DNA of 64,000 nt from a virus. This document shows positions 46,956 through 57,879 of this stretch, one piece after another. A model generated the notes under the pieces. The model had not been told where the DNA came from. It saw only the letters and a list, made by a program, of their open reading frames with translations, and searched no databases. The stretch lies in the IMG/VR virus record IMGVR_UViG_3300024262_003767; one strand, written 5' to 3'. Numbering within the stretch: position 1 is the first letter of the stretch; the number at the start of each line of letters is the position of its first letter. Both the position numbers and the translations under genes were made by a program.

Positions 46956-49472
46956 TTAGGCTTCTAAAAGTGGAGTTTCATCTTTTGGTGGTAATTCTTT
47001 ACTATTCAAATTAACAATAGTAATCTCACCATCTTTACTTCTAAGTGAAACTTTATCACCAATTTTAATTTCACCATTGAGAATAGCATCTGTTAGAGTA
47101 TCTTCAATGTGTCGTTGAATTGCTCTTTTCAATGGTCTTGCACCATATTCAGCATCCCATCCTTCTTCAAATAAGAAGTCTTTAAGTGACTTTGTGATAT
47201 TTACAACATAACCAATATCTTTAAGTCTATCGAGAGTTGTTTTAATTTCAAGGTCAATAATTCTGAAAATGTTGTCTTTTGAAAGAGCGTTGAACATTAT
47301 AAGTTCATCAACTCTATTAAGAAATTCTGGTGCAAATTTCTTTTTCAATTCTTTATCAATAACAGCGTTCTTCTTATCTTGAATGTTTTTGTTGGTGGCA
47401 TTTGTTTGAAATCCCATACCTGTACCAAAATCTTTAAGTTGTCTTGAACCTGTATTCGATGTCATTATGATAATTGCGTTTTTAAAATTAACTCTTCTAC
47501 CATAACTATCAGTAAGAATTCCATCATCAAGAACTTGTAGAAGTATATTAAATACGTCTGGATGCGCTTTTTCCATTTCATCAAGAAGAACAATTGAATA
47601 TGGTTTTCTTCTGATGGCTTCAGTTAATTCACCACCATCATCATAACCAACATATCCTGGAGGCGCTCCAATCAATTTTGAAACTGAATGTTTTTCCATA
47701 TATTCAGACATATCAATTCTAATGAGGTTTTCTTCTGAACCAAAGAGTTCTTTTGCTAGAACCTTTGCTAAGTAAGTTTTACCGACACCTGTAGCACCTA
47801 AGAACATAAATGTTCCGACAGGTTTTTTAGGATCTTTGATACCAATTCTACTACGTTTGATTGAACGAACAATTTTATCAACAGCATCATCTTGTCCAAT
47901 AACAATATTTTTCATTTTAGTTCCAAGATTTCTCAATTTGTTTGATTCATCATCATCAACAGCATCAAGTGGGATTTTGGTCATCATTGAAACAACTTCA
48001 GCAATATCTTCTTTTCCAACGATTTCACGATTTTCGTCCAATTTTTCGTTCCATTCCTCTTTCAATTTTTTCAATTGTTCTGTAAGGTTTCTTTCTTTAT
48101 CTCTCCAAGAAGCAGCTTTTTCAAATTTCTGTTCGTCAACACATTCAGTTTTCTTTTTCTCGGCTTCTGAAATTTTACTTTCAAGAATAGAAATAGCTTT
48201 AGGTTGATTTGAATTTGAATCTACATGAACTTTGGCACCAGCTTCATCCAAAGCGTCAATTGCTTTATCTGGCATAAATCTATCATTCATATATTTATCA
48301 GTCAATTTTACACAAGCTTCAATTGCTTCATCTGTGTACACGACTTTGTGATAATCCTCATATCTAACTTTGAGTTGTTTAAGGATTTCAATAGTTTCTT
48401 CAATGGTAGTAGGTTCTACCACAACTTTTTGAAATCTTCTTTCTAATGCACCATCTTTTTCAATATGTTTTCTATATTCTTCGAGAGTAGTTGCACCAAT
48501 ACATTGGAATGTTCCTCTTGCTAATGCTGGTTTTAACATATTAGATGCATCAAGTGAACCTTGTGCGCTACCAGCACCAATAATTGTATGAATTTCATCA
48601 ATAAAAAGTATAATGTTTGATGTTTCTTCAATTTCTTTGATAATTCCTCTTAAACGAGATTCAAATTCGCCACGATATTTTGTTCCTGCAACAAGGGCAC
48701 CCATATTAAGGGTGAAAATTCTTTTATCTTTAATGTTGTTTGGCACTTTACCATCAACAATTCGTTGTGCTAAACCTTCAACAATTGCAGATTTGCCAAC
48801 TCCAGGCTCACCTATAAGAATAGGATTATTTTTCTTTCTACGTGAAAGAATTTGACTTATTCTTTTAATCTCAATTTTTCTACCAACAACTGGATCGAGA
48901 GAACCTTCTTTTGCTTTTTTGGTAATATCTTCACCAAATTGTTCAATAAGTTTAGGTTTCTTATTTTTATTTGATGCTGTTGTATCACTATGATGCATTT
49001 CTGGATCATCCCAATCTGCACTATTACTTATTCCAGTAACTTTTTCGTGTAATTTTTTAATTATCTCACCTTCATCAATTTTTGAAAACATATCATTTAA
49101 AATATTATTTTTAGTATTTAAGAGTGAAAGTAATACTACATCAGTATCAACATATTTGACATCCATTTCATCAATTATTCCAACACAATTTTCAAGTATG
49201 TCCGTAACTTCTTGTGATAATTGTACTTTATCTTTTCTCTCTGCCAATTGAATATGCTCCATTTGGTTTCTCATTACCAAAGCATCTTGAATAGTTTTTT
49301 TGATTGTTGGAATACGAATATCAATTTCTTGAAGAACTTGATAAGCACGATAATTTTCATCCTCAATTAGAGCCAAAAACAAGTGTTCTGGTTCAATTTC
49401 AGATGATTTATATTGCAACGCAATCGTCTTACTATTCTTAATCACATTATCTACGTCTTTGTTAAAGTTCAT
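46956..49472 (-). CDS. clpB: ClpB/ClpC-family AAA+ chaperone (two nucleotide-binding domains)
   Basis: N-terminal Clp-N repeats; NBD1 GEPGVGKS + LFIDEIH; NBD2 [10 protein letters not shown] + [14 protein letters not shown]; sensor GARPLKR. Confidence 0.9.
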   Translation of the reverse strand: MNFNKDVDNVIKNSKTIALQYKSSEIEPEHLFLALIEDENYRAYQVLQEIDIRIPTIKKTIQDALVMRNQMEHIQLAERKDKVQLSQEVTDILENCVGIIDEMDVKYVDTDVVLLSLLNTKNNILNDMFSKIDEGEIIKKLHEKVTGISNSADWDDPEMHHSDTTASNKNKKPKLIEQFGEDITKKAKEGSLDPVVGRKIEIKRISQILSRRKKNNPILIGEPGVGKSAIVEGLAQRIVDGKVPNNIKDKRIFTLNMGALVAGTKYRGEFESRLRGIIKEIEETSNIILFIDEIHTIIGAGSAQGSLDASNMLKPALARGTFQCIGATTLEEYRKHIEKDGALERRFQKVVVEPTTIEETIEILKQLKVRYEDYHKVVYTDEAIEACVKLTDKYMNDRFMPDKAIDALDEAGAKVHVDSNSNQPKAISILESKISEAEKKKTECVDEQKFEKAASWRDKERNLTEQLKKLKEEWNEKLDENREIVGKEDIAEVVSMMTKIPLDAVDDDESNKLRNLGTKMKNIVIGQDDAVDKIVRSIKRSRIGIKDPKKPVGTFMFLGATGVGKTYLAKVLAKELFGSEENLIRIDMSEYMEKHSVSKLIGAPPGYVGYDDGGELTEAIRRKPYSIVLLDEMEKAHPDVFNILLQVLDDGILTDSYGRRVNFKNAIIIMTSNTGSRQLKDFGTGMGFQTNATNKNIQDKKNAVIDKELKKKFAPEFLNRVDELIMFNALSKDNIFRIIDLEIKTTLDRLKDIGYVVNITKSLKDFLFEEGWDAEYGARPLKRAIQRHIEDTLTDAILNGEIKIGDKVSLRSKDGEITIVNLNSKELPPKDETPLLEA

Positions 49473-49538
49473 AATTAATTTTTTTAGTTATAATTTATAT
49501 ATTTAATTTTCTTTATAGGAGTTTTCCTCTTTTGTTTA

Positions 49539-49760
49539 TTAAAATAAATTGAAAATATCAATGTTTTTTGTTTCTCTCTCAAATATCATACCAAGATAAA
49601 ATAATGGAAAAAAGATAATAGATGCTACCCAAATATATATTCCTCGTACAAACCAAGCTGGTTTGATAAATGGTATCGCCCAATTTTTATATAAGTCCCA
49701 ATCTTCTTTCACAAAATTTAGATAAATATATAACATATATTTTGCTATAAATATTTTCAT
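49539..49760 (-). CDS. small membrane protein
   Basis: 73 aa, two hydrophobic segments. Confidence 0.35.
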   Translation of the reverse strand: MKIFIAKYMLYIYLNFVKEDWDLYKNWAIPFIKPAWFVRGIYIWVASIIFFPLFYLGMIFERETKNIDIFNLF

Positions 49761-49777
49761 TCGTTTTTTATTATTTT

Positions 49778-50080
49778 TTAATCTTTCTCAATCGTGAGTG
49801 TTAATCCTTGTTCTTCAAGTGCGGATTTAAAAGGTTTTAATTTATCTTTTGAACCAGTTTTTAAGATACTCGCACCTTTCATATGAACTGTCCAAGCTGT
49901 GTTTTCAGCTTTTTCTGGACTAAAACTCATAATTGATATCAGACATAAAATTACATGATCAAAAGAATTGACTTCATCATTCCATAAAATCAATTTATAG
50001 ACTTTATCATCCGATGGTTCAATACCCGCTTTACTGAGTATTTCTTCTAATGTTTTTGTTATTTCTTTTGTGTCGCTCAT
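49778..50080 (-). CDS. clpS: ATP-dependent Clp protease adaptor ClpS
   Basis: YKLILWNDEVNSFDHVI...AENTAWTVHMKGAS, typical ClpS core. Confidence 0.85.
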   Translation of the reverse strand: MSDTKEITKTLEEILSKAGIEPSDDKVYKLILWNDEVNSFDHVILCLISIMSFSPEKAENTAWTVHMKGASILKTGSKDKLKPFKSALEEQGLTLTIEKD

Positions 50081-51375
50081 ATTCCTAATTCCTCTTTATA
50101 TAGTTTAACAGTATTAAAGTTTCCAGTATATTTTCCTTCACTATCAGACAACTTTACACAATCTCTCCAAACTTTCATTCCTTCAGGTAAGGCTTCAGAC
50201 ATCTTAATTACCATATTTAAAGGTTTTGCCTTTTTTAAAGTTTCCATAAAATAACCACCATTTGGATTTGGTATCGATTCCCAATTAAATTGGTTATGAT
50301 AATCTTCATCATAGATACCATTTTGTGAAACCAAAACAACATCGTTTGATAGCCAAGTACCTATACCATAGGAAGATAATATTTTATTTCTCACACAATT
50401 TTCAATTGTTTTAATTTTTTCTATACTATTTATAGAGTCAGAAAATACAATTGTTTTTGGAATCATACCATTAGGCATTTTAATACCTTTATTTATGTAA
50501 TGTTTGATAGTTTTTTCTGCGAATTCAACAGGTTCACCAGAATCTTGACGAACACCGTCAAATAATTTTGAATAAAATAAATCAAAACCTTCAAAGAAAA
50601 TATCTGTTGTATATGTATCAGAAAGTGCAATTCCTAATGCTCCTTTATAAGCATCTACCCAACGACCCATTCCTACACGATTAGCCATCATCACACCGTA
50701 TTTAGCAGCGTGAAACATAAACCATTCGTGTGCCTGAGTTCCAATTGCTTTAATACCATATTTACGAGCAAACATCACATTGGATGTACCAACGATTGTT
50801 TTTGGTGCAACTTTCAAAAATTCTTCAATAACTCTACCTTGGATAAATTTTGAAAATCTTCTGCGGGTTCCAAATTCAGATAATGAAATTCCAAGTTCAG
50901 ATAATTGTTTAAATTTTTCATCCCAAATTTCCATTGACTTTTCTAAGTCAACTTCTTCACCTGAGAAAAGGAAGAATAATTCTGATATTAAAGCCATTAA
51001 TTGAACTTCCCAAAATATAGTTTTGTGCCAAAAACCTTCAATTTCTATTTCTAATACACCATTTTTTTGAGTAACTTTAACTTCATTAGGATCATATTGA
51101 TAACTCCTAAGATACATATAATAGGAAATATCAAAGAATGGAAGTTTACTTTTCAAATGTTCTTCAATTTCTTTGGTAAATTTTAAATTTTTGAAATGAG
51201 CAATCTGTTCTTTTAACTCGGTAGCAAAACCTTTTGGAAATTTACGGGTTTTATCTCTGAGTATGAACTTATACTTAACCTTAGCGTTAGGATAGTGTTT
51301 TAGTATGGCAAATTGCATGAAATACTTATAGGCGTCCTGATCATCAAATTCGGTAATTATTGGTTTAAATCTCAT
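50077..51375 (-). CDS. pncB: nicotinate phosphoribosyltransferase
   Basis: Collinear with E. coli PncB: DAYKYFMQ, FWEVQLMALISE, FGTRRRFS, GTSN, GTQAHEW. Confidence 0.9.
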   Translation of the reverse strand: MRFKPIITEFDDQDAYKYFMQFAILKHYPNAKVKYKFILRDKTRKFPKGFATELKEQIAHFKNLKFTKEIEEHLKSKLPFFDISYYMYLRSYQYDPNEVKVTQKNGVLEIEIEGFWHKTIFWEVQLMALISELFFLFSGEEVDLEKSMEIWDEKFKQLSELGISLSEFGTRRRFSKFIQGRVIEEFLKVAPKTIVGTSNVMFARKYGIKAIGTQAHEWFMFHAAKYGVMMANRVGMGRWVDAYKGALGIALSDTYTTDIFFEGFDLFYSKLFDGVRQDSGEPVEFAEKTIKHYINKGIKMPNGMIPKTIVFSDSINSIEKIKTIENCVRNKILSSYGIGTWLSNDVVLVSQNGIYDEDYHNQFNWESIPNPNGGYFMETLKKAKPLNMVIKMSEALPEGMKVWRDCVKLSDSEGKYTGNFNTVKLYKEELGI

Positions 51376-51376
51376 A

Positions 51377-52078
51377 TTATAAAAATTTTCCTATTGTTTC
51401 TGATTCAATTTCAATATCTTTTACTGAATTAATAACAAGTATATTATAATCGATTACTAACATTTCAATATATTTATCTAATTCTTCTTCTGTTCCTAAC
51501 CCTTTTGTTGCGGCAAGATTTAAGATAACTTGAAATCCAGCATTGGACAAATCCTTTAAAGTTTCACCTACACAGTAATTAAGTGCTAATCCACCAACAA
51601 TAATTGTTGTTATATTGTGATAATTATAAAATTCAATCAACCCAGTCGAAATTTTACCTTCTTGATCGTGATAAACACTTGTGTAAGGGTGTAGGTGTGG
51701 ATCGACTCCCTTATTTACAATAAAGTTAAAATCTTCAATTTTACCAAGTTCATCAAGAATTTCCGAACCAAATGTTCCTGATTCACAATGCAAATTCCAA
51801 AACATATCAACATTTTTGTGTCCAACTATAGGTGTGAATTGAGGATTTTCTTCAGTTGCTACCCATAACGCATTTTTTGAGTGCATATCTCTTGATATGG
51901 TTTTAACAATTCCTATTAAATTTTGTTTTGCTAATTCTTTACCAATTAGGTGTCCATCAGGTACAGGTAGTTCATTAGGACAGAGTGGAGTAAATCCCTT
52001 TTGAGGGTCAACGTTGTGACTTGCTGTTCTTTCGCTAATCACTCTAATCTTATTCGTATTTTCAAAACTTATATTCAT
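51377..52078 (-). CDS. pncA: nicotinamidase/pyrazinamidase (isochorismatase family)
   Basis: DPQKGF, K, and catalytic Cys in IIVGGLALNYCVGETL. Confidence 0.85.
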   Translation of the reverse strand: MNISFENTNKIRVISERTASHNVDPQKGFTPLCPNELPVPDGHLIGKELAKQNLIGIVKTISRDMHSKNALWVATEENPQFTPIVGHKNVDMFWNLHCESGTFGSEILDELGKIEDFNFIVNKGVDPHLHPYTSVYHDQEGKISTGLIEFYNYHNITTIIVGGLALNYCVGETLKDLSNAGFQVILNLAATKGLGTEEELDKYIEMLVIDYNILVINSVKDIEIESETIGKFL

Positions 52079-52164
52079 AATATTTTATTTATTTTTATGT
52101 TACAAAAGTAATACTTTTTTTAATAATAAAAAAATTGTATTGTTAAAGAATAACAATACAATTT

Positions 52165-52569
52165 TTATTCGTGAATTCTTTTAAAGTTTTCAATATATTT
52201 AGACATATTTACGGAGCCTATAATATTTTGAGTGTGAATTATACATATTGGTAATTTTTCATTATTATCAATACAGTAATCACACAACCATTTGACACAC
52301 TCCATACCTGTTTTTTCGGTGTATTTTGAGTAATCAACATCATCTTGATTTAATAAATATTGATAATGTTCATCTGCTAAATCGTGATCAAAACTAATCA
52401 TTTGAGGTAAACCATTTAACTCAATACATTTAATAAATTGATCGTAAGACCTAACAATAACCCAATCGAGATTTATATAGTCCATATTTTGTGTATAGTA
52501 ATATGCGTCCTCATAATTTCCATGAGGGGAATATGGAACTCTTTCATCATCTAAAAACAAATTGTACAT
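52165..52569 (-). CDS. hypothetical protein
   Basis: 134-aa ORF; LFLDDER...SFDHDL motif of unknown family. Confidence 0.5.
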   Translation of the reverse strand: MYNLFLDDERVPYSPHGNYEDAYYYTQNMDYINLDWVIVRSYDQFIKCIELNGLPQMISFDHDLADEHYQYLLNQDDVDYSKYTEKTGMECVKWLCDYCIDNNEKLPICIIHTQNIIGSVNMSKYIENFKRIHE

Positions 52570-52620
52570 AATTTTACCTTTTAAGTGTGCTAAATTAATA
52601 AAAAAAATTGGAATAAAAAA

Positions 52621-52974
52621 TTACAGTTTCTGTAACATAGTTATTATTTCGGTTAATGTTTCATCGTAATTGAGAATTCTTTTGTGTAAACTCTCATATC
52701 TTTCGTGGAAAAAGACATCACGATTTTTTACTGTAATATATGTGTCGTCTTTTTTGAAATTTATCTTAAATTGGTAGTTTCTATTATCATACTCAATATT
52801 ATGAATAACTTCATTATATTGAAAATCTCTCCACGTTCTACTAAATCTAGTTTTAATAACAAATTTGCATGGTTCATTTTTAAAAACCTTATTTAGATTT
52901 TCCAGTTCAATACGTATATGTCGTCCTCTTTGGTTATACATATTATATTCATCTATTTTTGTTATCATAATCAC
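52621..52974 (-). CDS. hypothetical protein
   Basis: 117-aa ORF. Confidence 0.5.
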   Translation of the reverse strand: MIMITKIDEYNMYNQRGRHIRIELENLNKVFKNEPCKFVIKTRFSRTWRDFQYNEVIHNIEYDNRNYQFKINFKKDDTYITVKNRDVFFHERYESLHKRILNYDETLTEIITMLQKL

Positions 52975-52981
52975 TATATAT

Positions 52982-53016
52982 AAAAAAAACCTCCCAAAAA
53001 ATTGAGAGGTTTTTTA
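52982..53016. terminator. bidirectional terminator downstream of the flotillin gene
   Basis: A-run, aacctc-ccaaaaaattga-gaggtt, T-run. Confidence 0.65.
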
Positions 53017-53033
53017 AGATTAAACATTAAAGT

Positions 53034-54539
53034 TTACTTCTTATCAGGTTTTTCAGTTTTTTTGGTTTTTGCTTTTTCTTCAAGCAATTTAACCATATCT
53101 GCATTACCTTCTAAGAATCCAGGCATATTCTGACCAACCATTTTAAAAGCGTCATCCATTGGAGGAACAGATTTTAAAAGGTTTGTCAACCAATTAGAAG
53201 TAGATGATCCAGCACCTTCACCACCATTACCAGTATCCCAAACTGTGATGTTATCAAATTTAATTTCTTTGATAGCTTCAACTTGAGTTCTAATAATTTC
53301 TGGAAGTTTGTCTGCAATCATCATTTGGACAGCCTTATCAGGATCACCACCCGCTGCACTTACATAAGCGGCAAAACCTTCGGCTTGTTTTGTCATTTGT
53401 TCAAACGTACCACGAGCCTGAGCATCCATCATAAAGAATACTCCATCAGCCTTACCTTTTTCAACTCTACGAATTCTTTCAGCTTCAGCCTCAGCATCTA
53501 CTTCAATTTTTTCTTTTTGAATCTGTGCAGGTACAACAATATCAGCGAATTTTTGAGAACGTTCTCTTTCTGCTCTCGCATCTTCAGCGATTTTCTCAGC
53601 TTTGTATGACTCTTCAAGAGCGTTTGCTGATTTTGTTTTTTGAGCAACGACAATTTTACGATCAGCCTCAGCTTCGGCTTCTCTCCTACCAGCAATAGAA
53701 TTTGCGATTTCAATAGCCGCTTTATTTTCACCATCAACAGCAGTTGAGTTAAAGGCTGCAGTATCAATTCTCATATTCTTATCTGCTTCTTTTTCACCAA
53801 TAACGGCTCTTGAATTAGCAGATGCGACTTTAATTCTTTGCTCTCTTTGAGCCTCAGCGACACCAATATCCCCATCTCTATCTTTCTCAGCAACTGATTT
53901 CTTTGCTTCGTTAATAGCCTGAGCCGCAGCTTCTTTACCAAGAGCCTCAATATAACCAGATTCATCATCAATATCTTTAATATTAACGTTGATAAGTTTC
54001 AAACCAACTTTCTTAAGTTCGTTTTCAACATTATCTTGAATCTTACTCAAGAAAGCGTCACGGTTAGCGTTGATTTCTTCAATAGTAAGAGTTGCGATAA
54101 TCGCCCTCATTTGACCAAAAATAATATCCTGAGCCAACGCTACGATTTGTGTATCTTGAAATCCCAACATTCTTTCAGCGGCATTAATTTTGAATTCATC
54201 TTCTGATGAAATCGCAACGGTGTACGTTGAAGGAACATTTACACGAATATTCTGATTCGAAAGTGCAGATTTCAAATCAACTTCAAAAGACATAGGTTTC
54301 AGAGATAAGAACTTGTATTCCTGAATGATAGGCCAAACAAATACACCACCTCCGTGATATACTCTGGCGCTGGCGTGTCCTGACCGTCCTTGTGAGTCGG
54401 CTTTTCCCTTCACACGCCCATATACAACTAAAAGTTGATCAGAAGGGCACCTTTTATATCTTGCTTTAAAAGTAAAGAAGAATGCGAAAAAGGCAATCGC
54501 TGCTAATCCAATGATAATAGCAATCGAAAATGATACCAT
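53034..54539 (-). CDS. flotillin-like SPFH/band-7 protein (YqiK/FloA-like)
   Basis: N-terminal TM; SPFH core; long Ala/Glu/Lys-rich coiled region (EAEAEADRKIVVAQ...AEAEAERIRRVE). Confidence 0.85.
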   Translation of the reverse strand: MVSFSIAIIIGLAAIAFFAFFFTFKARYKRCPSDQLLVVYGRVKGKADSQGRSGHASARVYHGGGVFVWPIIQEYKFLSLKPMSFEVDLKSALSNQNIRVNVPSTYTVAISSEDEFKINAAERMLGFQDTQIVALAQDIIFGQMRAIIATLTIEEINANRDAFLSKIQDNVENELKKVGLKLINVNIKDIDDESGYIEALGKEAAAQAINEAKKSVAEKDRDGDIGVAEAQREQRIKVASANSRAVIGEKEADKNMRIDTAAFNSTAVDGENKAAIEIANSIAGRREAEAEADRKIVVAQKTKSANALEESYKAEKIAEDARAERERSQKFADIVVPAQIQKEKIEVDAEAEAERIRRVEKGKADGVFFMMDAQARGTFEQMTKQAEGFAAYVSAAGGDPDKAVQMMIADKLPEIIRTQVEAIKEIKFDNITVWDTGNGGEGAGSSTSNWLTNLLKSVPPMDDAFKMVGQNMPGFLEGNADMVKLLEEKAKTKKTEKPDKK

Positions 54540-54567
54540 AATTTTAAAATTTAAATGTTAATAATTA

Positions 54568-55134
54568 TTAATTTGATTTACTTACTTTAACTAAATTATC
54601 TGTGATAAATTCAGTTACAATTACTTGTGAATTTGTATCAATTTTTTCACCAGTTTCTGAAAGAGCGTCAATAGTTCTCAATGCGCCACGAATGGACATT
54701 TGAATTTTTCCTCTCTTATCTTTTCCTGGTATAACCAGATACACGGTTGCAGGTTGTTTCAATACATCATTTTTATCGATGTCATTTGGTGTTGCTTGAA
54801 GTTTTTTGAAACCGAACATAATAGATGCGAAGATGATAGTTAGAACTAAACCAGAACCAACCGAAATTATAATTGATAGCCAAGTATTATAACCTTGTTC
54901 AATGCAAAAAACACCTACCCAACCAAAGAATGCTAAAAAATTAATCAAACTTCTTAGAGTAAATGCTTCACCCATTATACCACTTGCACCATCAACATCA
55001 AAATCACCATCTACGTCACCTATACCATCAGCATCCATATCTGAATCCATTCCGAAAAAGGCAGAACCATTCAAAAATAAAAAAATCGCACCGAATACGA
55101 TTGCGATGATGTAAAATACTGTTAAAAGTGTCAT
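54568..55134 (-). CDS. NfeD/YqiJ-like membrane protein (flotillin partner)
   Basis: Three TM segments followed by a C-terminal OB-like domain (ATVYLVIPGKDKRGKIQMSIRG...QVIVTEF); immediately upstream of the flotillin gene, as in bacterial operons. Confidence 0.7.
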   Translation of the reverse strand: MTLLTVFYIIAIVFGAIFLFLNGSAFFGMDSDMDADGIGDVDGDFDVDGASGIMGEAFTLRSLINFLAFFGWVGVFCIEQGYNTWLSIIISVGSGLVLTIIFASIMFGFKKLQATPNDIDKNDVLKQPATVYLVIPGKDKRGKIQMSIRGALRTIDALSETGEKIDTNSQVIVTEFITDNLVKVSKSN

Positions 55135-55265
55135 TTGTGTTAATTTAGAGATTAAACTTAATTATTTATCTGTATTTCTTAGTAATCGAAAAATAAAAAG
55201 TTTAGAAATTTTAATTAAAATCACTAAACTTTTATACCCCATAAGGGTTTTTGATCACCTTTCAG

Positions 55266-55721
55266 TTATAAATTATATTTATCCATTTGATCCATTTGAT
55301 CTTTCACATTCTTTCTCAAATCATCCAAATTTGTGAGTTGTTGTCTTGGATGACGAATTTTCAGTCTATCAGATATTGCATCCAATATAAAAGGTTCTAT
55401 ATCTTGATATCCTTTATTTTCTACCATATCACTAATATCTTTTGGTAACCAAATTTGATAATATTTAAGTTCACTATCAAAATTTCCTCTTGCTTGCAAT
55501 CCTTGTATATTAGACATTCCTTGACGGTCTTTATTAATTTTTATCATCTTTTCAATACCTAGAACTTTTTTAAATCTACCATCTTTTTCTTCAATAAATT
55601 CAGGTCTTGCCACAAAAGCAAATAAGTCATGTTCTTTACTATTTGGATTCATATCAAATAGTTCTTGAAATACTTTTAAATCTTCTTCACTATATCCTTC
55701 AAAATATTTTAAATGTTCCAT
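55266..55721 (-). CDS. hypothetical protein
   Basis: 151-aa ORF sharing a start/stop nucleotide with the C1 peptidase gene. Confidence 0.5.
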   Translation of the reverse strand: MEHLKYFEGYSEEDLKVFQELFDMNPNSKEHDLFAFVARPEFIEEKDGRFKKVLGIEKMIKINKDRQGMSNIQGLQARGNFDSELKYYQIWLPKDISDMVENKGYQDIEPFILDAISDRLKIRHPRQQLTNLDDLRKNVKDQMDQMDKYNL

Positions 55722-56407
55722 TATATTACGTTTATTTCATTAGCCATACAAACTTCACCATAATCTTTGATAAGTTTGTCCATATCATCAAATGAGATAT
55801 ATGCAAATCCTTTTTTACCCCATTCTCTACCCCAAGAATTTTTAATTCTTATTAGTTTCTTTTTAACATTAACACCATCTAATAAATATGCGTGTCCGCC
55901 CATTTTATTTCCTGTTGGAGTTATAATACCTTCACTATTTGGAAAAAACATATCATAGTACCACCAAGTACCAACAACAACAGGACCTAATGTTAATAAT
56001 GCGTTTACTGTTGTGTCAATATCCCAAGCCCAATTATATCCATTAATATACCCTGCAGATTGTAAAACTTTAGCACCAGCTCTAACACTAGTTCCATCAT
56101 AATCTTCACCAGGCCAACGATCTATCTTTTGTGCTTCATTATATAAATATTCTGTATCATAAGGTGCTACTCCACCTTTTCTACTTGCTTTTTGTGTTAT
56201 TGGACCAGAGGCTAACCAATGTATCCAACTAAATGCAACACAATGAGGTTTATAACCTTGATTTCCCCACCATCCATTTGTCCACCAATATTTATAATCT
56301 ATACCTGGTAATTTTTTAGGTAGCATTGAACTAATTAGGAATTGATGATCCCTATCATCAGGTTTTATAAATCTACCTAATCTTGATTTTAATTGATTTT
56401 CATTCAT
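55721..56407 (-). CDS. papain-like cysteine peptidase (C1 family), no signal peptide
   Basis: Gln/Cys: GNQGYKPHCVAFSW (QG.C.AFS); His: GGHAYLL; Asn: NSWGREWGKKGF. Confidence 0.8.
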   Translation of the reverse strand: MNENQLKSRLGRFIKPDDRDHQFLISSMLPKKLPGIDYKYWWTNGWWGNQGYKPHCVAFSWIHWLASGPITQKASRKGGVAPYDTEYLYNEAQKIDRWPGEDYDGTSVRAGAKVLQSAGYINGYNWAWDIDTTVNALLTLGPVVVGTWWYYDMFFPNSEGIITPTGNKMGGHAYLLDGVNVKKKLIRIKNSWGREWGKKGFAYISFDDMDKLIKDYGEVCMANEINVI

Positions 56408-56431
56408 AGAATGTGATTTTTATTCTATATA

Positions 56432-57583
56432 TTAAAATTCAGAATTATAAATGGATTTGTAAAATTTACCCCAATTAAAATACTTATCCATTGTTTGAAA
56501 TATATCATCAAGAGTTATCTTATGAATAAGGTGTTCCATACTCCAACATTCAGGTTCAATATATTTATTGACATTTGCGTGTCTTAATATGTCGTTCTTT
56601 TTTAGTTTAACTAAAAAATTATCTTTAATAATATCAAATCTATCTTGTGTCAAATAAATTTCTTTATTACTTAATACTTTACCTATTTCTTCTTGCAAAT
56701 GCTCTACATTCTTATTTGAAGTCTCAGTTAAGATTGTAACAACTGAAGATGTATTATTTAATTTTTGGTTAATACATTGAACATAATATGCTAATCCTGA
56801 TTTTTCTCTAATTTCTTGATATAGTGGAGAATTTAATCCAGAACCTAACATACTACAAGTATAACTAATTAATGGAAAATCTTCAGTTGCAACATTTGAA
56901 ATATTTATAATTGATTGTTTATTTTTATATTCGTTAATTAACTCTAACGGCACTAAACCTTCGGGTATAATGATATCATCATTAGTTCTAATTCCAAATG
57001 TTTCCGTTTCGATAAATTTGAATGGGGTATTTATAATACTATCTCTAAAATCAACATTAAAATCAAAATCATTGTTTTTAGATACATTAATTATCATTGT
57101 AGGTTTCTTATAGAAAAGATTTAAATATTCTTTACAATCATCTAAAGTGAAATTTTCTATATCACACCTTAATCCTATTGGGTGATAATAACCAAACATT
57201 TTTCTATTTAAATTTAGAAAATGGTTATTCATCTGTTCATTAAATGAATCTTTATATTCTTCCAAAACAATTTTTTTCTCATTTTCTAATTCTTCTTCTG
57301 TTGGATCATAAGATAGAATCAATTCTAGAAATTCATATTTATATTTATTAACATATTCATCCAATCCATTCATATAAAAAACTACTTCTGTATTAGATGT
57401 ATATGCGTTCCAAGCGACACCATATCTTTGAAAATCATCTTGTAAATGTTCAAATGACTTACAAATTAAATGCTCACAGATATGGGAGGCTCCAAATGTT
57501 CCAACTTTTTCTACCATTGTAGATCCATCAAATATTATATAAAATGAGGATAATTCTATTTCACTTTTAATGTTTTTTATCAT
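56432..57583 (-). CDS. M16 (insulinase/pitrilysin)-like zinc peptidase
   Basis: Inverted zinc motif HxxEH: HICEHL; 383 aa. Confidence 0.55.
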   Translation of the reverse strand: MIKNIKSEIELSSFYIIFDGSTMVEKVGTFGASHICEHLICKSFEHLQDDFQRYGVAWNAYTSNTEVVFYMNGLDEYVNKYKYEFLELILSYDPTEEELENEKKIVLEEYKDSFNEQMNNHFLNLNRKMFGYYHPIGLRCDIENFTLDDCKEYLNLFYKKPTMIINVSKNNDFDFNVDFRDSIINTPFKFIETETFGIRTNDDIIIPEGLVPLELINEYKNKQSIINISNVATEDFPLISYTCSMLGSGLNSPLYQEIREKSGLAYYVQCINQKLNNTSSVVTILTETSNKNVEHLQEEIGKVLSNKEIYLTQDRFDIIKDNFLVKLKKNDILRHANVNKYIEPECWSMEHLIHKITLDDIFQTMDKYFNWGKFYKSIYNSEF

Positions 57584-57879
57584 AATATTCTTTTTAATTT
57601 TATTTTACGAATTCTTTTTTCTATTTCTCTTAATTGTTTATCTGATATTTCACCTTTATCTATCTTACTTAAATATACATCAAATAGTGCTTCATCAGGT
57701 TCTTTACCTGTATATCCTAAAACACAATGTTTAAAGGCTTCTAATATTTCTTCACCATTTTCAACCTTTTTAATGTCACCATGATGATTATAATACACAT
57801 CCCCATTATTTCTAAATTCGAGTAATGGTTTATCTATTCCATTAATTGTGAATACTACTCCTGGAGTTAATCCTATCAC
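57580..57879 (-). CDS. hypothetical protein
   Basis: 99 aa, ATGA overlap. Confidence 0.45.
   Translation of the reverse strand: MIGLTPGVVFTINGIDKPLLEFRNNGDVYYNHHGDIKKVENGEEILEAFKHCVLGYTGKEPDEALFDVYLSKIDKGEISDKQLREIEKRIRKIKLKRIL

Noticed and set aside
55135-55265. Possible small RNA or terminator hairpin (cccataaggg) in a 130-nt intergenic gap
   Set aside because: The stem is only 3-4 bp with a weak T-run; not convincing.
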